36,934 nt of DNA from Polyangia bacterium. GTDB lineage: Bacteria > Myxococcota_A > Polyangia > Fen-1088. The stretch is from the NCBI GenBank assembly GCA_035577105.1, contig DATLVT010000217.1, positions 1 through 36,934 of the forward strand, in the 5' to 3' direction. A model generated the notes under the pieces. It ran no database searches. It was given only the letters and a program-made list of their open reading frames with translations, and was not told where the DNA came from. This document shows, piece after piece, positions 1-9,443 of the stretch. How positions within the stretch are numbered: position 1 is the stretch's first letter; every line of letters begins with the position of its first letter. The translations under genes and the position numbers were made by a program.

Positions 1-834
1 GTCCCCAAGCGAACGCCGCCCGCCACCAAGGAGACCACCGCGGATGCCACGCCCGAGCGGGAGGCAGGCTCGGCGCCGGCGCCTGTACCCGTTCCGGTCG
101 ATGACCAGGTGATCGTGGCGGTGCCCGACCGGGTCTTCTCCTACGAAGGGCGGGAACGGGTCTTCTACAAGGTTCGCGACGGCGATTCGCTGGAGGAGAT
201 CGGCGAGGCGTTCGGGGTCAAGGCTGACGACCTGGTCGAGTGGAACAACCTGGACGCGGGGGCCAAGCTGCACCCGAACATGGTGGTGCAGATCTTCGTG
301 CGCAAGGATTTCGATCCGACGGGCGTGGTCATGCTGGACTCCGCCGCCGTTCGCGTGGTGACCCTGGGGTCAGACGAGTTTCTGGAGCTGGAGGCGGCCC
401 GGCGGGGAAAACGTCGCCTTTTCTATCAGTGCAAGGTGGGTGATTCGATGGCGAAGGTGGGGCGCCGGTATGGGTTGACGCCTGGAGACCTGGCCCGCAT
501 CAATCGCTTCTCGTACAACACGGAGCTGCACGATGGTCAGCGCATCGTCGTCTATTCGCCGGTGGGCGAGCCGCCCCGCGAGGTGACAATGGGGATGGCG
601 GCGGGCGCCAAGCGCGGTGCCAAGAACAGCCCACCGTCAAAGCCGGTGGCCGTCGTCGGCATCACCGGTTCGCACCCGCCGGGACATGGTCTGACCCCGG
701 TCGACGCCAGCGCGCACCGGTCAGTGGCTATCAAAGGGGAGAAGGCGCCGGTCGCCAAGGTGACGGCCGGCGGACCGGCGCGCGACGGCAAGACGGCGGC
801 GCCGGTCACCAAGACGATCGCCAAGAAGAAGTAG
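1..834 (+). CDS. LysM-domain peptidoglycan-binding protein, C-terminal part (5' end lies outside the window; possibly a lytic transglycosylase-type protein)
   Basis: Frame 1 is open from base 1 to the TAG at 832-834. Two LysM-like modules are present (YKVRDGDSLEEIGEAFGVKADDLVEWNNL and YQCKVGDSMAKVGRRYGLTPGDLARINRF). The tail is Ala/Pro/Lys-rich. Confidence 0.75.
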   Translation, partial: VPKRTPPATKETTADATPEREAGSAPAPVPVPVDDQVIVAVPDRVFSYEGRERVFYKVRDGDSLEEIGEAFGVKADDLVEWNNLDAGAKLHPNMVVQIFVRKDFDPTGVVMLDSAAVRVVTLGSDEFLELEAARRGKRRLFYQCKVGDSMAKVGRRYGLTPGDLARINRFSYNTELHDGQRIVVYSPVGEPPREVTMGMAAGAKRGAKNSPPSKPVAVVGITGSHPPGHGLTPVDASAHRSVAIKGEKAPVAKVTAGGPARDGKTAAPVTKTIAKKK

Positions 835-837
835 TCG

Positions 838-1806
838 TTGCCCCGGTTCCTTGTCGGTGCCTCGTCCGCCGGGCTGAGGCTGGACCATTTCTTGGCGCAG
901 GTCATGGGTGGTGTCAGCGTCCACGCCGCTCGCCGCCTGTTGACCGGCGGCAGCGTCCGCGTCGACGGAAAAGCGGCCCATCGCAAGGGCGAGCGCGTGG
1001 TGGTCGGTCAGACCGTCGAGGTGGAGACAGCGGCCGCGGCCATCCCTGCCGACGGCGAGGGTTGGGTGCTGCCGGACCCTTCGGTGATCCTTCCGGTGCT
1101 GTATCAAGACGGTGACCTGGTGGCCGTGAACAAGCCGGCGGGGGTGGCGGCCCATCCGCTTAGGCCCGACGAGCGCGGGACCGCCGCCAATGGCCTGGTC
1201 GCGCTGTTTCCCGAGTGCGCGACGGCCAGCGATGATCCGCGCGAGGCGGGGCTGGGGCACCGCCTGGATCGTGATACCAGCGGTGTGCTGCTGGCGGCGC
1301 GGCGCCGGCCGGTCTGGCCGCGGTTGCGGGCGGCGCTGGGCGATGCCGGCTGCGAGAAGACGTATGTGGCGCAGGTCTTTGGCCTGCCGCCGGAGCAAGG
1401 CCATTTCGACGGTGCCATCGGTCGCGTCGGGCGGCACGGCGCCCGCGTGTCGATCGACGCCGGTAGAAATCCGCTGCCGGCGCACACCGAGTGGCAGCGG
1501 CTGGATGAAGTTGAAGCTGACGTGGACGTGGACGGATCGACGGCGCTGGTGCGCGCCCGGCTGCATGCGGGGCGCGCCCACCAGGTGCGCGCGCATCTGG
1601 CGGCGGCGGGTTTCCCCATTGTCGGCGATCCTATCTACGGCAACGAGACCTCGCGGGCCTTCTCGGCGGGACACGGCATCACCGGGCTGCGCTTGCACGC
1701 CGAATCGATTCGCCTGCGCCACCCGATCACCGATCAGACCCTGGTGGTGTCGGCGCCGCCGCCTACCTGGTTTTTCTCTGCCGGTGGCCGCGCCCAAAGT
1801 GGATGA
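838..1806 (+). CDS. RluA-family 23S rRNA/tRNA pseudouridine synthase with S4-like N-terminus
   Basis: HRLDRDTSGVLLAAR catalytic-Asp motif and an RAHQVRAHL motif typical of RluA/RluD enzymes. TTG start lies 3 nt after the upstream stop. Confidence 0.85.
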   Translation: MPRFLVGASSAGLRLDHFLAQVMGGVSVHAARRLLTGGSVRVDGKAAHRKGERVVVGQTVEVETAAAAIPADGEGWVLPDPSVILPVLYQDGDLVAVNKPAGVAAHPLRPDERGTAANGLVALFPECATASDDPREAGLGHRLDRDTSGVLLAARRRPVWPRLRAALGDAGCEKTYVAQVFGLPPEQGHFDGAIGRVGRHGARVSIDAGRNPLPAHTEWQRLDEVEADVDVDGSTALVRARLHAGRAHQVRAHLAAAGFPIVGDPIYGNETSRAFSAGHGITGLRLHAESIRLRHPITDQTLVVSAPPPTWFFSAGGRAQSG

Positions 1807-1812
1807 TGGAGG

Positions 1813-2598
1813 ATGGGACTCGTGGAAACGTCGCCGATCAAGACCGCGGTTGTCTTGCAACACACGCCGACCGAAGGGCCGGGGCGGCTGGCCGATCTGC
1901 TGGCGGAGCGCGGGCTGACCGTCTCCTGCCGCCAGGTCTTCGCCGGCGAGCCGGTGCCCGGTGATATCGACGACGATGCGCTGCTGGTGGTGATGGGTGG
2001 GCCGATGGGCGTGGGCGACGTCGACGATCGCCGCTATGGATTTTTGCGCCGGGAGATTGATTTGCTGGGGCGCATGGTGGCGGACGATCGGCCCGTGCTG
2101 GGGATCTGCCTGGGTGCGCAGCTTCTGGCAGCGGGCGGCGGCGCGGCGGTCTATCCCAACCGACGCCGCGACCGCCATGGTCGCTGGTCGGTGGTGCGCG
2201 AGGTCGGTTGGGGGCCGGTCGATTTTCTGGGCGTCGAGAGCGAGGCCGCGCTGGCCGGCCTGCGGTCGCAAGAACAGATGCTGCACTGGCACGGCGACAC
2301 TTTCGATCTGCCGCCAGGCGCCGTGCATCTGGGTTCGACGCCTCGCTGTCCCCACCAGGCCTTTCGCCTGGGGACGCGTCAGTTCGGACTGCAGTTCCAC
2401 TGCGAGCTGGACGCCGACACCATCGGCCTGTGGGTGCGAGAGGACGCGGCGTTCGTGCGCCTGGCCAACGGCCCGGGCGGCGCCCGCCAGATCATGACCG
2501 ACACCGCTGTCATTTTTCCGCAGGCGCGGCCCGTCTGGGATCAACTTTTGCGCAACATCGTGGGCGTGCTCTTGCAATTGCCGGGCGGCCGACAATAG
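1813..2598 (+). CDS. Class I (type 1) glutamine amidotransferase, GuaA-N-like
   Basis: LGICLGAQLLA nucleophile-Cys elbow and an HWHGDTF His region. The gene is packed 6 nt after the previous one. Confidence 0.7.
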   Translation: MGLVETSPIKTAVVLQHTPTEGPGRLADLLAERGLTVSCRQVFAGEPVPGDIDDDALLVVMGGPMGVGDVDDRRYGFLRREIDLLGRMVADDRPVLGICLGAQLLAAGGGAAVYPNRRRDRHGRWSVVREVGWGPVDFLGVESEAALAGLRSQEQMLHWHGDTFDLPPGAVHLGSTPRCPHQAFRLGTRQFGLQFHCELDADTIGLWVREDAAFVRLANGPGGARQIMTDTAVIFPQARPVWDQLLRNIVGVLLQLPGGRQ

Positions 2599-2609
2599 TT
2601 ATCGCGTCC

Positions 2610-3518
2610 ATGCCATCCCCCACCAAATTCACGCTGGGCCTGGTGCAGATGCGCTGCGGGCCGTCGCCCGACGAAAATGTCGAGCGCGCGGTGGCGCACA
2701 TCCGCGCGGCGGCGGCGCGCGGTGCGCACGTGATCTGCCTGCCCGAGCTTTTCCGCACGCAGTACTTTTGCCAGACCGAGGACCACGTCAACTTCGATCT
2801 GGCCGAGGCGATCCCGGGCCCAACCACGGCGCTGCTGGGCAAGCTTGCCAGCGAGTTGAAGGTGGTGATCGTCGGGTCGCTGTTTGAACGGCGGGCGGCC
2901 GGCGTCTACCACAACACGGCGGTGATTCTGGACGCCGACGGCGCGCTGCGGGGCGTGTACCGCAAGATGCACATCCCCGACGACCCGCTTTACTACGAGA
3001 AGTTTTACTTCACGCCCGGCGACCTGGGCTTTCGGGCCTTCGACACCGCCTTTGGACGGCTGGGGACGCTGGTGTGCTGGGACCAGTGGTATCCGGAGGG
3101 GGCGCGTCTGACCGCGCTGAGCGGCGCCGACGTGCTGTTCTATCCGACGGCGATCGGCTGGCACCCGTCGGAGAAAGCGGAGTTCGGGGCCGCGCAGGCC
3201 AATGCCTGGCACACCATCCAGCGCAGTCACGCCATAGCCAACGGCGTCTACGTCGCCGCGGTCAACCGGGTGGGGCACGAGGTGCCGGCGGTGAAGACCG
3301 GGACGCCGGCCGACGCTGGGATCGAGTTCTGGGGCGGCAGCTTCGTCGCCGATCCTTTCGGCGTCGTTCTGCAAGAGGCCTCGCGCGATCGGGAAGAGAT
3401 CCTGATCGTTCCCTGCGATCGCGCTCATCAAGAATCGGTGCGGCGGCACTGGCCGTTCCTGCGCGATCGGCGCATCGACGCCTACGGGCCCATCACCCGC
3501 CGCTTGATCGACGAATGA
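2610..3518 (+). CDS. aguB: N-carbamoylputrescine amidase (carbon-nitrogen hydrolase family)
   Basis: Nitrilase-superfamily E-K-C triad contexts (VICLPELF, YRKMHIP, LVCWDQWYPE). ATG at 2610 follows the GATase stop. The long N-terminal extension of the 2208 ORF overlaps the upstream gene and is not used. Confidence 0.8.
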   Translation: MPSPTKFTLGLVQMRCGPSPDENVERAVAHIRAAAARGAHVICLPELFRTQYFCQTEDHVNFDLAEAIPGPTTALLGKLASELKVVIVGSLFERRAAGVYHNTAVILDADGALRGVYRKMHIPDDPLYYEKFYFTPGDLGFRAFDTAFGRLGTLVCWDQWYPEGARLTALSGADVLFYPTAIGWHPSEKAEFGAAQANAWHTIQRSHAIANGVYVAAVNRVGHEVPAVKTGTPADAGIEFWGGSFVADPFGVVLQEASRDREEILIVPCDRAHQESVRRHWPFLRDRRIDAYGPITRRLIDE

Positions 3519-4591
3519 CCGCCCGGACGCCGTCGGCGCGCGGCTATCGCATGCCGGCCGAGTGGGAACCGCATCTGGCCACCTGGCTGGCCTGGCCGCA
3601 CGAGCGCCGCGACTGGCCCGGCAAGCTGGCACCCATCCCGTGGGTCTATGGCGAGGTGGTCCGTCACCTGGCGCCGGGGGAGCGCGTTCGCATCCTGGTG
3701 AAGGACGCCGCGATGGAGCGCCGGGCGGGGGCCTTGCTGGCGCGCGTGGGTGTCGACCTTGGACAGATCGATTTCTTTCGCATCCCCACCGACCGGAGCT
3801 GGACGCGCGATTTTTGCCCGCTGTTCGTCAAAGGACCGGGCGGGCAGGTCGGGCTGACCAACTGGCGGTTCAACGGCTGGGCGAAATACGCCAACCACAA
3901 GAAAGACGACGCCGTGGGGGCGCGCCTGGCGCAGCGCCTGAAGCAGCCACACTGGACGCCCGAGGTCCCGGACGAAAAAGGGCGGGCTCAGCGCGTTGTC
4001 CTGGAAGGCGGCAGCATCGACGTCAACGGCCGCGGCACGTTGCTGACCACGGAAGAATGTCTGCTGAGCCCGGTGCAGGCGCGCAATCCAGGACTGTCCC
4101 GCGAGCAGCTGGAGGAAATTCTGGGCGCCTATCTGGGCGTGCGTAAAGTGCTGTGGCTGGGCGACGGCATCGCCGGCGACGACACGCACGGGCACGTCGA
4201 CGATCTGGCCCGTTTTGTCGATGAGCGGACGGTGGTGCTGGCTGAAGAGGCCGATCCCGATGACGCCAACTTTGCCCCGCTGCGCGAGAATCGCCGACGC
4301 CTCGAGTCCATGACCAACGCCGACGGCCAGGCGCTGCGGGTGGTGTCGCTGCCGATGCCGGCGCCGGTGCGCCTGGACGGCGTGCGGCTGCCCGCCAGCT
4401 ACGCCAACTTCTACATCGGCAACGCCGCTGTTCTGGTTCCCACGTTCAACGATCCGCAAGACCGGCGCGCGCTGGAGATCCTGGCGCAGCTTTTCCCGTC
4501 GCGGAAGGTGGTGGGCATTCACGCCGTCGATCTGGTGTGGGGGCTCGGCACACTTCACTGCATGACCCAGCAACAGCCTCTGGAACCCTGA
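3515..4591 (+). CDS. aguA: Agmatine deiminase
   Basis: N-terminal YRMPAEWEPHLATWLAWPH and C-terminal GTLHCMTQQQP catalytic-Cys motif. The ATG overlaps the aguB stop (ATGA at 3515-3518). Confidence 0.85.
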   Translation: MTARTPSARGYRMPAEWEPHLATWLAWPHERRDWPGKLAPIPWVYGEVVRHLAPGERVRILVKDAAMERRAGALLARVGVDLGQIDFFRIPTDRSWTRDFCPLFVKGPGGQVGLTNWRFNGWAKYANHKKDDAVGARLAQRLKQPHWTPEVPDEKGRAQRVVLEGGSIDVNGRGTLLTTEECLLSPVQARNPGLSREQLEEILGAYLGVRKVLWLGDGIAGDDTHGHVDDLARFVDERTVVLAEEADPDDANFAPLRENRRRLESMTNADGQALRVVSLPMPAPVRLDGVRLPASYANFYIGNAAVLVPTFNDPQDRRALEILAQLFPSRKVVGIHAVDLVWGLGTLHCMTQQQPLEP

Positions 4592-4730
4592 GAGGGTTCC
4601 AGACCTCCCGCGATGGAACTTCGGCGGCGAAGCCGCCTGCGTTCCACGCGCAACAGCCTCCGGAACCCTGAGAGGGTTCCGGACCTCCCGCGATGGAACT
4701 CCGGCGGCGAAGCCGCCTGCGTTCCACGCG
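4571..4730. repeat. Two tandem copies of an 80-bp structured element (4571-4650 and 4651-4730), each predicted to fold into two hairpins
   Basis: Direct comparison gives 77/80 identical positions; the differences are at 4581/4661, 4601/4681 and 4621/4701. Hairpin 1 is CTGGAACCC-tgaga-GGGTTCCAG. Hairpin 2 is CGCG-a-TGGAAC...GGCGGC-gaa-GCCGCC...GTTCCA-CGCG. The aguA stop TGA (4589-4591) sits in the loop of hairpin 1. Confidence 0.9.
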
Positions 4731-4888
4731 CAAGAGCCCCGGTAACTCTGGATTGCACCCGGGAACTTCCGGGGCCGCTCCCGTTTTTGGTTGAGTGAGC
4801 GTTTTCTTCCTAAAGCCGGGGCGCGTCAGCTCCGATGTTAGCCGCGATGTGCGGTACCCCCATCTTTTGATCAGTCGAGGACGACACT

Positions 4889-6457
4889 TTGGCTGACAGC
4901 GCCGCACAGATCGCCCCGCCGCTTCCCCGACCCCTGGTTCGGGGAGAGCAGTACGGCCGTTATCAGCTGCTGGAACGGATCGGCAAGGGCGGGATGGCCG
5001 AGATCTTCCGCGCCGTCTCGGGCGGGATCGAAGGCTGGAGCCGACTGTTCGTCATCAAGCGCATCCGGCCGGAAAAATCTCAGTCGCGCGAATTCATCCG
5101 CATGTTCTGCGAGGAGGCGCGCCTTTGCGCGATGTTGCACCACCCCAACATCGTGCAGGTCTATGACTTTGGGCAGATCGACGGCAGTTACTTCCTGGCC
5201 ATGGAGTACCTGCGCGGTAAAGATCTGTCGACGGTGATGCGCGCGCTGCGCGCGGAACACACGGCCATCGCGCCGGTCATCGCCGCGTTCATCGCCCAGC
5301 AGGCCGCGGTGGGCCTGCACCACGCTCACACGCTGGTCGACGGCAACCGGCAGCCGGTGCGGATCGTCCACCGTGACGTCACGCCGTCGAACATCATGCT
5401 GCTGCGCACGGGGGCGGTGAAGATCCTCGACTTCGGCATCGCCAAGGAGGTCGGCCACGGTGAGACTGAAATGGCCGAGACCGACGCCGGACAGGTCAAG
5501 GGGAAGCTGGCTTATCTGTCGCCCGAGCAGGTCCGCGCCCAGCCCCTGGATGGACGTTCGGATGTCTTCGCGCTGGGCGTGGTGCTGTGGGAGATGTTGA
5601 CCGGACAGCGACTGTTTTCGGCGGACAGCGAATTTCAGACCATGCGCAACGTCCTGATGATGGCGGTGCCGCCACCCTCTTCGGTGCGGGCGGGTATTCC
5701 CGCCGCCCTGGACGCAATCGTGGCCCGCGCCCTGGAACGCGATCGGGAGCGGCGGTACCCGGCGGCCGCGGTCATGGCCACCGACCTGGAGCAGGTGGTT
5801 CACACCGAGCGGTTCGTCGCGCAGGCCATCCCCGAGCTTCTGGAACGACTGTTCGGCGAAGAGCCGAGCACGGTCACCCCCGGACCGGGCGAGGCCTACC
5901 TGAACGCGGAGCCCAGCGACGCCGTCATCGCCAGGGCGCCGGTGCCGCGCTCGAAGAGCAGCAGCGACGGCAGTCGATCGTCTTCGAACGAGCGGTCGAG
6001 CGATCGGCGGATTCCGCAGGGACTTGGTCCGGCGGGACCCAGCGCCGAGGTGTCGCTGGAGATCGTCCCCGCCGAGGAGGTGCCGATCCTGGTCAAGGCC
6101 GGGACGCTCGGGCGCTGGTTGCGTGGGCGCCGGCAGCGAGCGACGGCGGCGGCGGCTGGCGCCGTGTTGATTCTGGCGCTGGCGGTTGGCGCCTGGCGCG
6201 GCTCGCGCGCTCCGGCGCCTGCGCTGGACCCGGTGGCGCCTGTGGCCGCCACGGCGGCAAGTGCTCTCCCGTCGGGGCCGGCCGTCTTCGCGCCGACCCC
6301 TGCGTCGGTCGATCCGCTGGTGCCGCCGCCGCAGTCACTGCGGACGCCCGCCAGCCGGCACGCCACATCGGCGGCCGCTCCGCCCGCGCGCTTGAAGACC
6401 GTGCGCCGCCGCCAGCGGCCGCTGGCAAATGATTTGACCATTGATCCGTTTCGCTAG
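4889..6457 (+). CDS. Hanks-type Ser/Thr protein kinase with one C-terminal TM segment and a Pro/Ala-rich tail
   Basis: GKGGMAEIF P-loop, VIKRI Lys, HRDVTPSNIM catalytic loop, DFGIAKE and LSPEQ. TM segment is AAAAGAVLILALAVGAW. TTG start, so the start position is uncertain. Confidence 0.85.
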   Translation: MADSAAQIAPPLPRPLVRGEQYGRYQLLERIGKGGMAEIFRAVSGGIEGWSRLFVIKRIRPEKSQSREFIRMFCEEARLCAMLHHPNIVQVYDFGQIDGSYFLAMEYLRGKDLSTVMRALRAEHTAIAPVIAAFIAQQAAVGLHHAHTLVDGNRQPVRIVHRDVTPSNIMLLRTGAVKILDFGIAKEVGHGETEMAETDAGQVKGKLAYLSPEQVRAQPLDGRSDVFALGVVLWEMLTGQRLFSADSEFQTMRNVLMMAVPPPSSVRAGIPAALDAIVARALERDRERRYPAAAVMATDLEQVVHTERFVAQAIPELLERLFGEEPSTVTPGPGEAYLNAEPSDAVIARAPVPRSKSSSDGSRSSSNERSSDRRIPQGLGPAGPSAEVSLEIVPAEEVPILVKAGTLGRWLRGRRQRATAAAAGAVLILALAVGAWRGSRAPAPALDPVAPVAATAASALPSGPAVFAPTPASVDPLVPPPQSLRTPASRHATSAAAPPARLKTVRRRQRPLANDLTIDPFR

Positions 6458-6495
6458 CGCGCCGTTTCGCTGGCGCGCGCCGTTTTCCTGTCTGT

Positions 6496-8589
6496 CTAGT
6501 CGAACTGCGCCAGATCGGTCTCGCCCAGAAGGTACAGCGCACGCAGGAACGTCAGCAGCTCCTCGGGCGCCGTGAAATGACCCATCCAGGCGCGCAGCGT
6601 CCGCTGCCCGTCCAGCATCTCCAGCACCTCGCCTGGTGTCGGCCCCAGCCGAAACGCTTCCGGGGGAATGCGCAGTCGCGCGGTGGCCGAGACGTGACAG
6701 TCGAGGAGGCTGGCGAACCGTCGCTCCAGCAACTCATACGGCAGGTTGAGGACGCCGGCGCCCAGGATCTCGAACGTGTCGAGGCCCAGCGGAAAGCTCT
6801 CCTGGGGGTTGGTGACGCCGCGGTAAAACGCGAACGTTCCCTCCGTCCAGGCGAAGACGTCGATGACCCGATCGCGGACCTGTTGCGACAGCAGGCGAAA
6901 GACGTCCAGCGGTTTCAAGATGCCCAGCCCGACCAGCGTGTCGCCCAGCTTGCCCGCGTACTGGGGCAGCGTCTCCAGCGCTTTTTCCAGCTGGCCCGCG
7001 CTGAGCACGCCCTTGCCGACCAGGTATTCGCCGAAGCGATCGTTGGGCAAATTCGAGTTGACCGACTCGGGGGCACCGCTCACCAGGTAGACCTCCTTGG
7101 CGTGGCCGGCCAGTTCGAAACGGAGCAATCCCGTCTCCTGCGCCACCGCGAGATCGGAGAACACCCGCATGGGCGTGATGATGCTGACGTCGCCCGCGCT
7201 GTCGGGCGGGCGGCCCGGGGCGCCGGAGACGAACCGGCCGACGTCGCTGCGCGTACTGGACGTTCGTCCGCGGCCGCTGGGCGCGCCCGCCGGCAGCGGC
7301 GTCCACCCGGTTCCGCGCACCGAAGAGCGCTCCGATTCATTGACCCACTGATCCAGATCGACGACCGCCAGCGGTTGCGCCAACGCCTGACCGAGCATGG
7401 TGCCGCCGGGCGCCTTCATCATGGCCTCGCCTTTCGCCGGCGGCGAGGAGGCGTTGGGCCGCGGGTGATCGATCTCGATCTGCAGATCGGCGGTCGCTTC
7501 GTCCGACACGCGTCTGGCGGGAAAGCCGACGGGGTTCGGCCCGCGGCCGGCCGCGGCGGCTGGGGCGGGCACCGGCTCGCGACGAGCAGGCTCGGGCGGC
7601 TCGGGCAGCTTGCGCCCTTGCTGGGACAGTCTCGCCGCCGCTTCGGGGCGGCTGTCGAACAGGTCGGTGATGAAATGGCGCAGGTCGGTCGTGCTGACCC
7701 GCTTTCCCGACGTGAAAAGATACTCGGCCAGATCGTCGCGAAACTCGGCCGCCGTCTGGTAGCGCTGCTCGGGATCTTTCTTCAGGGCGCGCCGCACGAT
7801 GCGATCCAGCGCCGGCGGAAGGTCGTTGCAAAAGCGATTCAACCGATCGAGGTGCGCGTCCCGCACCATCAGCAGGACGTCCAGATCGTTTGCGGCGGTG
7901 AACAGCCGGCGCCCCATGAACATCTCGGCCAGCACCACGCCGACGGCGAACAGATCGCTGCGCGCATCCATCGACGTCCCGACGACCTGCTCGGGCGACA
8001 TGTAGCCGTACTTGCCCTTCAGCGTGCCGGCCTGCGTTTTCGATTCGCGCTCCTCGGCGCGGGCGATTCCGAAGTCCCCCAGCTTCACGTCGCCGCCCTT
8101 GGACATGAAGATGTTCGACGGTGAGATGTCCCGATGAACGAGGTTCATCGGACTTCCGTCCATGTCCCTGGCGTTGTGCGCGTAGTCCAGCGCCTCCAGC
8201 ACCTCGACGGCGATGAAGCAGGCCAGCGGCAGAGGCAGGCGCATGCGTTTTTGCGCGCAGGTGCGCAGCAGCGCCAGGGCGTCGAATCCGTCGACGAACT
8301 CCAGGGCGATGAAGTACTTTCCGCCCACCTCGCCGAAGTCCAGGATCTGCACGATCTTCGGGTGCGTCAGCTGCGCGGTCAGCTTGGCCTCGTCGATGAA
8401 CATCGACATGAACGTCTTGTCCGACGCCAGGTGCGGAAGGATCCGCTTGATGACCAGGATCTTCTCGAAGCCGTGCGACGAAACGATCTTCGCGCGGAAG
8501 ACCTCGGCCATGCCTCCCAGGGCTAGCCGGGCCAGCAGGGTATAGCGACCGAATTGCGAGGGTAATATCGCAGGTCCCTCGGTCGCCAT
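6496..8589 (-). CDS. Hanks-type Ser/Thr protein kinase with a C-terminal DUF4388/PatA-N-like domain
   Basis: LGGMAEVFRAK, VIKRI, HRDISPSNIF, DFGIARA and MSPEQ kinase motifs. The C-terminal region (GLLRFELAGHAKEVYLVSG...GEYLVGKGVLSAGQLEKALE...LGDTLVGLGIL) resembles DUF4388 plus a T2SSE-N-like module. Confidence 0.85.
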   Translation of the reverse strand: MATEGPAILPSQFGRYTLLARLALGGMAEVFRAKIVSSHGFEKILVIKRILPHLASDKTFMSMFIDEAKLTAQLTHPKIVQILDFGEVGGKYFIALEFVDGFDALALLRTCAQKRMRLPLPLACFIAVEVLEALDYAHNARDMDGSPMNLVHRDISPSNIFMSKGGDVKLGDFGIARAEERESKTQAGTLKGKYGYMSPEQVVGTSMDARSDLFAVGVVLAEMFMGRRLFTAANDLDVLLMVRDAHLDRLNRFCNDLPPALDRIVRRALKKDPEQRYQTAAEFRDDLAEYLFTSGKRVSTTDLRHFITDLFDSRPEAAARLSQQGRKLPEPPEPARREPVPAPAAAAGRGPNPVGFPARRVSDEATADLQIEIDHPRPNASSPPAKGEAMMKAPGGTMLGQALAQPLAVVDLDQWVNESERSSVRGTGWTPLPAGAPSGRGRTSSTRSDVGRFVSGAPGRPPDSAGDVSIITPMRVFSDLAVAQETGLLRFELAGHAKEVYLVSGAPESVNSNLPNDRFGEYLVGKGVLSAGQLEKALETLPQYAGKLGDTLVGLGILKPLDVFRLLSQQVRDRVIDVFAWTEGTFAFYRGVTNPQESFPLGLDTFEILGAGVLNLPYELLERRFASLLDCHVSATARLRIPPEAFRLGPTPGEVLEMLDGQRTLRAWMGHFTAPEELLTFLRALYLLGETDLAQFD

Positions 8590-8642
8590 GTGTCAAGGAC
8601 TATAGCAGGTGTTGTCGACCTCACGGAGAAAGTGGCGACCGG

Positions 8643-9296
8643 TCAGCGACGCTTGAGCATCGCCCTGCGCAATTGCAGGGGATCCTGGGCCTCGCCCACC
8701 AGCTCCAGCGCCCGATACGCAGCGCGGCGCGCCCGGGCCTGGCTCTCCTCGTTGGTGGCCGAGAGCGCCAGGGCGCGCTTGCCCTCGTCGTAGTAACGCA
8801 GCTCGTCCGTCATAATCTGACCGCGATAGAGGTTCGCCGTATCGACGTCGCCTTTCTCCTCGCAGAAGTTGGCCAGCGCGGTGAAGCGGGCCATGGCCAT
8901 GGCCTTCAGCGTCAGGTGGCCGGCCGAAGAGCGCTCTTCATCTGTTTGCAGCGAGCGCAAGAAGGCGAACAACTTGGAATATCCACCGTCGCGCGGGTCG
9001 TAAGTGCTGAGATCAAAACCAAGGGCGGCCAGCCGCCCGGCGATCAGCCGATAGTGTTTGGCGCCGTCGCCGCATTGTTCGGCCAGCACCAGCTTGGCGC
9101 CCAGATCATCACAGTCGGTCACCCACAGGGCCGCCACCTCGGCGCCCTCGATGGCGGCCTTCAAGGTCAGTCGCAGGACGTCGGCGACCTCGAATCCCTC
9201 CTTGGCGACGCTGGCGGCCAGGGCGCCGACGAGACGTTCAATCGACGTTTGGTTCTTCGCGTCTAGCTCGGCAACGAAAGTCTCGGCGGCAGTCAT
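8643..9296 (-). CDS. Hypothetical helical protein (possibly a ferritin-like four-helix bundle); likely co-transcribed with the downstream kinase
   Basis: Clean 217-aa ORF with GC-rich third codon positions and no signal peptide. No motif I can name with confidence. Confidence 0.55.
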   Translation of the reverse strand: MTAAETFVAELDAKNQTSIERLVGALAASVAKEGFEVADVLRLTLKAAIEGAEVAALWVTDCDDLGAKLVLAEQCGDGAKHYRLIAGRLAALGFDLSTYDPRDGGYSKLFAFLRSLQTDEERSSAGHLTLKAMAMARFTALANFCEEKGDVDTANLYRGQIMTDELRYYDEGKRALALSATNEESQARARRAAYRALELVGEAQDPLQLRRAMLKRR

Positions 9297-9443
9297 GAAA
9301 GGTTGGCTCGGTCCTCAGTTTCAAGCTGGAAGCGGCGCGGCGTCAAGCTCGGGGGGCCGAGTGACGATGGCCAGAGGAAGACCCTGCCACAGGTCGAGAT
9401 TCATAGCCACCGGCTCGGCAAGCCGCACGGAGGGAACCAGGTC

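Noticed and set aside
721-2595. 624-aa minus-strand ORF, and similar 140-550-aa shadow ORFs throughout (for example 3482-4573 -, 6577-8124 +, 16880-18541 +, 26715-27917 -, 29726-31303 -, 34612-35718 -)
   Set aside because: Each is antisense or out of frame relative to a gene with clear family motifs. Their products are Arg/Pro/Gly-rich and motif-free. They are high-GC artefacts.
4758-4790. Weak hairpin CCCGG-gaactt-CCGGG followed by GTTTTT, downstream of the tandem repeat (possible intrinsic terminator of the aguBA operon)
   Set aside because: The stem is only 5 bp and the T-run lies 8 nt from it. The double-hairpin repeats upstream are better terminator or stabiliser candidates. Not reported as a feature.
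4446-4907. 153-aa minus-strand ORF and small ORFs (4555-4758 -, 4613-4798 +) spanning the 80-bp repeats; also the possibility that the repeats form a mini-CRISPR
   Set aside because: These ORFs are simply the repeat read in other frames, so their peptide segments are duplicated. The two units abut directly with no spacer, and no cas genes are present.
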